Part shown: positions 25,101-35,276 of the stretch, piece after piece
Layout: each line of letters starts with the position of its first letter
Numbering within the stretch: the stretch's first letter is position 1
Assembly: GCA_964035545.1 (NCBI GenBank)
Contig: OZ037766.1
Location: forward strand, 31,362,773 to 31,426,772
Length of the DNA: 64,000 nucleotides
Reading direction: 5' to 3'
Source: Bugula neritina
Taxonomy: Eukaryota; Animalia; Bryozoa
Notes under the pieces: model-generated
What the model saw: only the letters and a program-made list of their open reading frames with translations
Databases searched by the model: none
What the model was told of the DNA's origin: nothing
Position numbers and translations under genes: made by a program

Positions 25101-28100
25101 TTCCGCCTTTATGACCTGTTCGTGAGTTGTTGCCTAAACTCAGTATACATTAGTTGCAATGTCATCTTATATGTTCATTTCTTGTTATAGCATTCAGTTC
25201 CCATTGATGTGGATGGTATGTATGTTTGTGTGCCACTTGCTTGTACCGCACTGAATGATTACTAGCATCCTGTTCACGTGCATGCATCTGTTGATCAAGT
25301 ATTTTGATTATCGAATGCTCTCATCAGTTTATCTGATCTTAATCTTATTACTCAAGCTTTTTGAGCATGTAATCAATTTGTGAGAAACGTATGTTCTGGC
25401 TATTTCTACTTCTGCAGATCTCCCTATTAGCAAATCATTTTCGAAAACACTGTTAAGGTCAGCAATCAAAAGCAGCTTAATATTTAGAAAAAAACATGTG
25501 AAATCAAGCAAAGTTAAAAAGAACCTCGATTATTTCGGTGTATTTATTGATATTTAACTAGTTTTGGGCAAAAACTCATGTTCATTAGCAGCTAAATTGT
25601 AAAAAATAGCTAAAAAATGGAGATTTTCAGTGTGTACTAAATTAAGTAAAATGACCCATATTCATCTACTCAGCTAATTCTTGAACATTGTTAGCCTGTG
25701 GCCCTGCTATATTATCAATACTGATGCATACGTTTGATTGCCATATTTTATGATTGCAAATATTAAGCTGGAATCTGATAAAATTTATTTGAGAGTTTTG
25801 TTCTTTATTAGTTCACAGATGTTGGCCTGCAGGTTCCCGGTGTGGTAGTAGTAGCCATGTTTTATTCTGCAGTGTGTTTTACTGCTAATTATCAAATACA
25901 AAGAGCAGCCGTGGTCTAGGGGTTGAAGTGTTAGTAAACACAATGTCGGTGGTTTGAGCTCCGTTGAAAGGCCATTGCTGATGTTAGGAAGAGCACCCAG
26001 CCATAATTGCTCCTGTGCCCCATCTGAATAAGTCCTTAGCCCGATTTAACAAAAACCTATTCCATCAGGGGTTTTCTCACAGGGATGGGGACTATAAACT
26101 TTCGTGAGTTTTTTAATATTTAACTAGATCTAGAACGTTTCCCTCTACCCCGTAAAGTAGAATGATTCCCTGTTTTAGATGGTGTGTTTATTTATCTTTA
26201 GGTGATGAAATGCCGCCAGTGAATCTGTATTTGCTGCTAAATACTTTCTTGCCGAGAGCTTTGAGTTACGCTGGAAATATTTACTTCATTTTGTTTCTGT
26301 GTGTCGCTGGTATCAGCTATGCTCTAGCTGGAAGTCAGGCATGTGCCGAAGTGTTTCATGTTCGAAGGCAAGTGGAGACAATTTCTATTCTTGTACAGTA
26401 AATGCGGTGAGCTGCTCAGCAAATAGAAATTAGGGTATATCTGTTGCATATGTTTATTTTTTATAATCTTGTAAAGATTTAATTTATTTGAGATATGGTT
26501 TTTTTAATTCACAAGTGGAAAATATTCTTCATTTATGGTATTGGGGTATTTGCAGTGCGTTATTTGGAGTTGTCCACACGAGTAATTGAAATATATGAAG
26601 TATGGAACCCAATAGTTTTCCTTTCATAATGTAGCCTATTTTTTACATAATTTCAATTCTCTTAATTGTGCCCAAACCACAGCTTTTAAACTCTCTTAAA
26701 CTGTATCCCTGGTTCTTTGTACAAGGTAATGCTGTTGATGTTTTTGTGATTGGATAATTTACAGTGTACTCACAGTGATTCCATTTTTCTGCTGGTTGTT
26801 GAATTTGTTGGCTGTGTTTGGAAGAAAGTTAGTGAGTCCATTAGTCAGTGTTCTCACTCTATTCAAGGGATCTCTTCTCCTTGTGGCTGTAAGTATGTAC
26901 AACTACCAGTTGGTGTAATTTGTAAAAACCTAGATAGGCGGATACATAAATGCTTTGTTTAATATAACTCCGTATCGCGCCATGTCCTGAACATTTTATG
27001 GATATTCTTGTAAGGTGCAACCACGGCCTAGCAGTTCAAAACTGACTACAGGCCATTGGGGATGTTAGGAAGGGTATGCTTTGCCACGTTCAACAGTAAT
27101 ACTTTCTATAAGTATAGTAAAAGCAAATGCCAGTGAATGCATCTGTAAATACTACAATAATAAATACTAGTAAAATCAGCTCAATAGGGATAAACACTAA
27201 TGGCTTTTCTGGTTTATAAACATTTAGTTTGCTTTTTTTATTACCTTTGATGTTACTTCTTACAAAAAAACGTTCACTGTTGAGTCCATGAAGGGTTCTG
27301 TTATATTTTCAGGTGATCATAGCATTTGCAATGAGCACTACAATACATAAAGAAATAAGTAGCAATTTCCAGTATATCCAGGATACTTATTTAATAGTCA
27401 CAGTTGGTATTGGTGGCTCATACATCACACTGCCCTACTTGTTCACCAAGATAAAATATGTAGAACATGAGGTAAGATGTCTTACAGCTTTTCCATTTAA
27501 GTCATTGCTTGTTGGTAAAAGTCATGTTACCATTTTCTACTTGCAGTAGTTTTAAAGGAGCATTTTGACCGAATATAAATCATAGAACTATCAATTTTTG
27601 AGTTGAAAAATTAAATTTGAAATCGAAAAAAAATTTTGGAATATCCATCTTGAAATTATTTGATCAAAGTTCTTGGTAAAAGTACACAATTTCTGCAACA
27701 TTACATGTGATTAAAACAAACTTTTATGCAGCAGTCCTAAAACACGACTGGCTCTGCTATGGATAAAGGCTGAGAGTTCCCGTATGTAATTTTTCCATTT
27801 ACAGGTTCGATATTTACGTCTGTCTGTTATATTTGGTATCATAACTGTCTACATACTGGAAGTACTCTGGTGTTGGGCTACTCTGGATGTTGTACCACAG
27901 ATTGACCCTTGTTCTGTCTCTCTTTCTCAGACTAACAACGGGACGTACTGCCTACCCCCAGACTATACTCTTCAGAGGTATGTGAGAACTCTTGCTATCT
28001 TATTACAATGTAGTATAGTTATTTCTGATTGAAGTGTTTTGCTGTGTTATATATTTCTTATTACTTATGTTATATTTTAGTGCTGCTGAAAATGGAGAAA

Positions 28101-31008
28101 TATCTACAATACCCTTCACTAAAGTAAGTGAACAATATATTTTGATTCTTCAGTAACTACGTTTACTTGATAAACTCTTTTTGGTAAATGTATAATAAAA
28201 AAACTCACGCAAGTTTATAGTCGCTATCCCTGTGAGAAAACCCTGATGGAAAGGTTTTTGTTAGAAGATGAGGCACAGGAGCAATTATGGCTGGATGCTC
28301 TTCCTAACATCACCAATGGCCTTTGTCAGGGTTCGAACCCACGACTTCGTGTTCACAAAGCGAACACTTTAACCCCTAGACTGCGGCTGCTCCTTTGGTA
28401 ATTGTATAATACTACAAGTTTTTTTTACAGGTGATGAATTTAGTTCACCCAGAATATAGTTGGGTGGCTACGATAATCTCATTATTCATAATGGTCAGCA
28501 TTACTGTGTCCTATTTGTTTAACAGTACAATACTGTGTCATACAGGTGAGTTTAGATACTAGTAGATTTAGTATACTATTTATTATATTGTATAATATAC
28601 TATTTACTATATTGTATAATATACTATTATGATATTGTATAATATACTATTATTTATTATATTGTATAATATACTATTATTATATTGTATAATATACTAT
28701 TATTATATTGTATAATATACTATTATTATATTGTATAATACTTTACTATTTTTTATATATATTATATAATATTATATTATTTATTATATTATAAAAACTG
28801 TGCTAGCTTTAATGTTAAATATGGTGTTATACTGTTATATTATGTAATATTATATAAACTGTTATGTATGAATTGTAGCTGACGCTCTCGTACTCTTTAT
28901 TTTCTAGTTGAAGGAGTCATAACTTCATGGTGGAAAGAAAGTTGGAATAAATGTGACTTTATGGAAATAAACTGTCAGAATATTACAAGTTCTCTAGCAA
29001 ATATTGTCTTTCTGTCCGTCATATTCATTGTGGCCATGTTTAACCCTAAGGTAATGTTACTATATTATACTGTGTAATGTTTAATACTAAGGTAATGTTA
29101 CTATATTATACTGTGTAGTGTTTAATACTAAGGTAATGTTACTATATTATACTGTGTAATGTTTAATACTAAGGTAATGTTACTATATTATACTGTGTAA
29201 TGTTTAATACTAAGGTAATGTTACTATATTATACTGTGTAATGTTTAATACTAAGGTAATGTTACTATATTATACTGTGTAATGTTTAATACTAAGGTAA
29301 TGTTACTATATTATACTGTGTAATGTTTATTACTAAGGTAATGTTACTATATTATACTGTGTAATGTTTAATACTAAGGTAATGTTACTATATTATACTG
29401 TGTAATGTTTAATACTAAGGTAATGTTACTATATTATACTGTGTAATGTTTATTACTAAGGTAATGTTACTATATTATACTGTGTAATGTTTAATACTAA
29501 GGTAATGTTACTATATTATACTGTGTAATGTTTAATACTAAGGTAATGTTACTATATTATACTGTGTAGTGTTTATTACTAAGGTAATGTTACTATATTA
29601 TACTATGTAATGTTTAATACTAAGGTAATGTTACTATATTATACTGTGTAATGTTTAATACTAAGGTAATGTTACTATATTATACTGTGTAGTGTTTATT
29701 ACTAAGGTAATGTTACTATATTATACTATGTAATGTTTAACCCTAAGGTAATGTTACTATATTATACTGTGTAATGTTTAATACTAAGGTAATGTTACTA
29801 TATTATACTATGTAATGTTTAATACTAAGGTAATGTTACTATATTATACTGTGTAATGTTTAATACTTAGGTAATGTTACTATATTATACTGTGTAATGT
29901 TTAATACTAAGGTATTGTACTATATTATACTGTGTAATGTTTAATACTAAGGTAATGTTACTATATTATACTGTGTAATGTTTAATACTAAGGTAATGTT
30001 ACTATATTATACTGTGTAATGTTTAATACTAAGGTAATCATAATGTTTCATAAAATTTCAACTTGCTTTCTTGAATCAATTTGCTAAAATCCTTTCAACT
30101 ATCTATTACCTAATTGTTGCTGTGGTATTGTGGGGTGCTTATGCCGTCTCTAGTTTCTACTTGTTTGTGAGGTACAGACGTCACTTGTTTGTCTTTCGTC
30201 TTTTGCTGACTGTTGCTACTTTTATACCTTAACAAGCTGTAGGTAATGTTTGTTTTCTCCACTTGTGTGTAATTCATACCTTTCTTGGATAGTTGCATCA
30301 TTATTTGAATATTACGCTAATAATAATTTGCTTTAGTACGGTAATAATATCACTATTTCGATAGTTAAATTAATTTAATAAGCATCGGAAATGAAAACCA
30401 TTTCATATTACAAGTATACATTAAACATGGTTGATGTTTTATGCTCATATTGTATTTTAACTGAAACTTATTCACTTTATTCTTGGTTATTCATAGCAGC
30501 ACGTACTGTCCTGGTGTCAGACATGTGATTATCTGTTTTAGAGTTTCCTGGTGGTTGTGGAAAAGTTGATGTCGTTTGCTGTGAACTTTGGGTTAGGGTT
30601 CTTCATGAGTATAATAGTTTGGAAGTGCACCAGTGGGAAGTACAGGTGAGTCTACTTGGTTAGTCAATATGGTCTAGTTACTAGTCATATTAGTCACTAT
30701 TAGTTAGTATTAGAGTCATAGCAGTTGGTATTGGAGTGATATTTGTTACTGTTAAAAGTGATAATAGCTAGTAATAGAGTCACCATAGTTCTTAAAGTCT
30801 TGTAGATCAATCAGCATCTGGATAATTTAGTATTAGGAATTTATTTATTTTTGACAATTTTATTTTGTTTATTTAACTTCTTTGCAGAGACCTGGATATA
30901 CCCCTCCCCTTGTCTAAAGTACAGATTCATCTCCAGTATATTGTTATTGTATTCTTCATGACTGCATCTATCTATGATATAGTTGTGTGGATATCAGAGA
31001 GTGTGTGA
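22195..31008 (+). CDS. Amino-acid permease-like transporter, paralogue C (14 exons, 509 aa)
   Basis: Exons 22195-22240, 22426-22467, 22981-23054, 24070-24162, 24814-24940, 26202-26367 (GC donor), 26765-26888, 27313-27471, 27805-27977, 28081-28123, 28431-28545, 28908-29050, 30542-30645, 30888-31008. Total 1530 nt in an open frame: MAQGPSSNFLTYLQCYFSTMSYILGAGVLGLP...WISESV*. Confidence 0.88.
23143..23476. repeat. 12-bp tandem repeat (AATAGACTATYR) x ~27, intron 3 of C
   Basis: Directly visible. It produces the spurious NRLS/SIVY ORFs in the track. Confidence 0.95.
25903..26114 (+). mobile_element. tRNA-derived SINE copy
   Basis: A-box-like TGGTCTAGGGG, B-box-like GGTTTGAGCTCC, and core GGCCATTGCTGATGTTAGGAAGAGCACCCAGCCATAATTGCTCCTGTGCC shared with the copies at 28197 and 44591 and a fragment at ~27020-27080. 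Confidence 0.8.
28197..28392 (-). mobile_element. tRNA-derived SINE copy (inverted relative to 25903-26114)
   Basis: Reverse complement reads GAGCAGCCGCAGTCTAGGGGTT...GGTTCGAACCC...GGCCATTGGTGATGTTAGGAAGAGCATCCAGCC...GACTATAAACTTGCGTGAGTTTTT. Confidence 0.85.
29051..30038 (+). repeat. 41-bp minisatellite (24 units), intron 12 of paralogue C
   Basis: Starts at the first intron base, with the same unit as in A and B. Confidence 0.95.
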
Positions 31009-32962
31009 CACTAAACTATATTATAAACAATGCATTACTAACTTTCTCTAAAGAGGGAAATATCTTTCACCTTTCACTCTTGTTCTTTCTTCAAGGTGCA
31101 ACAATCTATGATATATTTTGTACTTTTGTAAGAGTCTTGTATTATATTTACTCCACGGCCTTCCGACAATCTCTATTGTTTTTGGCTTCTTTTAAATTAG
31201 GTATTAGAAAGTTGATGTTTATGTACTTTTGTGTTGCATGTTGCTGTTTGAAAATTTATAACTATTGGTTGTCATATGGTTACTTCTAGCCCATGATTTC
31301 TCAGCATGTGATCAACTTAAACTTTGAGAGGTTTTTTCTACTTTTTATATGATACTTTTGCTATTTTATTATTATTATGTTTTTATTATATTATTGACTC
31401 CAGTTGTTTTTAGAGTTAGGAATCATTGGTTCTCTTACAATAGTCACTAATTATTGTAACACATTATAACACATTATACTCAGTTTTTAGTGTACAAACA
31501 TTTCTAGTTATTCAAACCTTGTTTATTATGTATTGAAAGCATGACAGTACTTGGTCTAAAGCACGATATGATGCCTAACTTCATAACATATTCATATAAT
31601 ATGTATGCATTTATACTGTATGTTTATATTATACATTATATATACATATTTATATATTGTATTTTATATCATATACATATTTATACAATACATTATATGT
31701 AGGTACATTATATCATGTATATTTATATAATACATTATAGCCTCAAACTTTTTTCTCACCAACTTATTAAACATTTGTGGAACTTAATGAACACACAGCC
31801 AAGGCATGGTATACCTTATCAAATAAACTGTAGCTCCCACCTGGTATATTCCAAATAAAACTGTACACGAGTATATATATATATATATATATATAATTAC
31901 AACTATATGTCACTACATACTAGGCTGCTCATGATAACACAACTGCCTAGTGATGTTTGCAAGTAAAAGTTTCAATCTATTCTGCATGATCTAAATTATT
32001 AGAAGAAAATTCTATTTTTAGCTCGGGTTACTTGCGTGCAGCTCTGGGCTGTCTGTTTTCAACACAAGTTAATGTTTTCAGTATTTCCAACAACAAAATG
32101 TGAGCTAATTTTATCGGTTAGTTTTTATAAGTTGAGTTTTTCCATCACTCAATGTTTCATGCAGTTTCTTTGTCAAACAACAGAGCAGTGGTGTTCAAAT
32201 TCTGTATTTCAGTGACGTGCAAAAATTTGTTTTAGCTGATGATGTTAATTGTGTGTATAAGCATGTGTGTATAAGCTTATGTGTATAAGCTTATATGTGT
32301 ATAAGCTTATGGATAGATGCAGCTACACATGCACCTCTACTGTATTCGTAACTTGTAATGCAATAGTCTTGGTTTGTTATAACTTTTAAACTAAGTCGTC
32401 AATGAAAAAAATGCATTTTTTAACTGTTTAAGAATATGCAATACTTGAAAATTAAATGCACATTAAATAGTATTTAATAAAAGAAAGCATGTGTATATTT
32501 TTTAATACTGCATGGAATTTCTCATTTGATGTTTACAGTTTTTTTAGTTTGTAAAGTAAATATGTGCTGCAAGCAAGCAATAACAGCTGCAATAGTAGGT
32601 ATATTGAGCTAAAGTTAGGGTACTAGGTAGGCTATACATATAAGTAGAGCTAAAAGTAAAAAAATATTATTAAACATAATTCCATGAGCAAAAGTTAGGG
32701 TGGGTAAGACGAAAGTCTAGCCAAAGCTATCGTAGGTGCTAATGATTTTAAGCCAAAATCTGGGCAGGTTGTTAGAGTATAGTATATATTATAGATTTTA
32801 CCCATTATTATTTCTTTTGTTATTTTACTTGCTAGCGTGCACAGCTGTGAGTACATATCCAAAATGCATAATAAATAATATAGCATGCACTTATATATGT
32901 AATCTGTTGTACATAGTAAATACTACATGGTGTCTTAATTTCAAGAGATGTCTGAAGCTGTA

Positions 32963-33871
32963 TTACAAGGAGAAGAAGTCATAGCATCTACAAGCAACAC
33001 CAATACAAGAACCTGTCTTTCGGCCAAGTGACTGGCACCAGAGCACACACTGGTTGGGATTTTCCGGACAGCCGTGCAATCGAGGTTTGACAGTCACTGT
33101 TCGAGGTTTGACAATCACTGTTCGAGGTTTGTCTTCTGCTATTCGAGGCTTGAGTTCTACCGTCGTCCGAGTCTTGACTTCTTCTGCTAAAACTCAAAGT
33201 TATGAATTTATAATAAATGAATTGACTTTAACTGTGTTATTAACTTGGAGCTGTGCCAAGACTCTCCAGTGCTCCTGCACTAATCACATTTCTAGAAAGG
33301 ACTCAAACTCTGTCAAGTGATGACAAATTGACTTTCGATTTGAATTTACTACAAATACAAATTTCAGTTTTAAAGCCAAACTTATATAACAAAAAAGTTG
33401 ACACAAACTTATTTAGTCACCAAAACATCTGCATAATGGTTTTTATATTGCATTGAAAAGTTGCATAATAATTGCATAATATAGCATTATAGAGCTGATT
33501 AGTAGGACTTATATTCTTCTACTGGTAACAAGTATCTTTTATGCTAAGCAATACTTGTAGTAGTAATATAATAATACTAAATAAATGATTGTATGTAGTA
33601 GCCTATATTATTTCTTTAATTTAAAATACTTGGTAATCCAAGTTCCAACCAGTACAGATTTATCACCTGCATTAATATTTATTATAAAAATCTTCAACTA
33701 GTATTCAGCTAAAAGGCCAGTGAAAAGTTGGTAAACAGTCAATTCTAGCTTTGGCAGATTAAAAGAATATCCTATTTCTATATCGTGTTATTATAGTTTC
33801 CAAATGTATATATTGGACTCACCAAAAGAGCAGATGAGAAGTAAGCATGCAAATACTGCCAGGTTTTTCAT
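32963..33871 (-). CDS. Secreted CS-alpha/beta (invertebrate-type) defensin-like prepropeptide, ~118 aa
   Basis: Coding exons 33871-33823 (signal peptide MKNLAVFACLLLICSFG), 33666-33630, 33291-33245 and 33186-32963. The C-terminus LHGCPENPNQCVLWCQSLGRKTGSCIGVACRCYDFFSL* has C-x6-C-x3-C-x9-C-x4-C-x-C spacing. The middle exons are less certain than the first and last. Confidence 0.8.
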
Positions 33872-34102
33872 GACGGAGCCTGTACCATACAACTAGCTGA
33901 AACCTGCAAAGGTATTATACAATCACTTACAGTATAATATATACTATAGCCACTGCATATAGCACATAGCATAGTACAGCCACTGATGATAGTACATGGT
34001 ATATTATAGCAATTGAAAGCAAGTTATATACTTACTGTTCCAACACTATAACCTGTATCTTGCAATATTAGCAGTTTTTGCTTCCAATATCATAAAACCC
34101 TG

Positions 34103-34113
34103 CTATTTATATA
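34103..34113 (-). promoter_or_regulatory. TATA box of the defensin-like gene
   Basis: TATATAAATAG on the minus strand, ~70 nt upstream of an ACA|GTAAGT donor at 34036/34035 (non-coding exon 1). The matching acceptor is at 33904/33903. Confidence 0.55.
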
Positions 34114-35276
34114 CTAAATTTTGGCACCAATTCTATTGTTTGGGCAATAAAAATACTTTTCTTGCTAGCATAGTGTTTATAAAAAGTTATTTTCACGTTT
34201 TTGTTCAAAACATGTACAAACTGAAATAATTTAAAGGCATTATTTGCATGTTTCTATGCTTACGAATTAATAACGTAATATAGGTATTATGTTTATATAG
34301 CCATTTCGTGTAACACTCAGATTGAAAAACAAGTTTTGAATCAAGAAGAAATATTCAAATTGCATATAAACAATGAGAGGGGCTCACGTTTATTGATTTT
34401 GTAACATAAAAGTGTCTTTATGGCTTCAAGTGGCTAATAATTTGGAATATAATGCAATGTTGAAACTGTTACATTTATGTACATGCATTAAAATTTTTTG
34501 CTAAAAATATCAATGCATGATAATGCAGTACATTGTGATTGTTTATCAGGTTAATAACATGCAACATTTGGAGATTTCAGCAGCAAAGATGTAAAGCCTT
34601 GCTCATGCAAACAGTAAAATATATTTTACATGAATCTTAAAATCTAGTTCAATGTAACTTGTTTTATGGGTCATCAACAGTTATTGATTTAAGTTTACAT
34701 TAATAATGAATATATCACCTTTGGTAAATAACTCATGTTTTAGACTATATATAAAGCCAAAGCCAATTAAACGTTTTCTGTGTGTATACTGTATACACAC
34801 AAGCTAAATAAACAGTCATATTTTTGGTGAAGTCATAGAGCATTTGCAACAATTTAATACTTTAGGGAAGTTTTGAAAACAAAAATGCAGCTGTATGCAT
34901 GTAGAAATTGTATTTGACCTTTCAAATAAAATATTTTTGAAAGTTACTTGTTGCAATGATGAAAAATATGTTTCATTCCTGTGAACAAGCAAAGGTGAAA
35001 CAACTCCACAAGTTGAGCTGAACACGTGTGATGCGATGCGATTTATCAATGTGAACTTTAACCCTTCTGTGTGAATAGGGAACTAGGGAACCCCGCTATA
35101 GTTTCAGTTCAGTGAGCGTGCCTCAATCAATATTAGCGAGCCGTACATTTTCTTTTATTCAGTCATTGTTTTCTTCTCATTTTCTGACTTGGGTTTAAAA
35201 TTAATGATTTATAATTTTACTTGTTGACTCCTGCTCCTTGTCATTTCGCAATACAAAAGTTTGAGAGCAATTTAAT

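Noticed and set aside
26722-26764. Conserved AAG|GTAA ~40 nt upstream of exon 7 as a recursive splice site
   Set aside because: Its conservation is adequately explained by the conversion tract around exon 7, and the remaining intron would be very short.
28300-28392. SINE heads as tRNA genes
   Set aside because: A and B boxes are present, but I see no full cloverleaf and the sequence continues into the shared SINE body.
31006-31014. TGA readthrough or selenocysteine in the transporter genes
   Set aside because: TGA is followed by CAC TAA in all three copies, so there is no meaningful extension.
32988-33197. Track ORF MSFSRRSQDSDD... (and the + strand ORF 33054-33320)
   Set aside because: Alternative frames over the defensin exon. 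The frame with six correctly spaced Cys and matching splice phase is much better supported.
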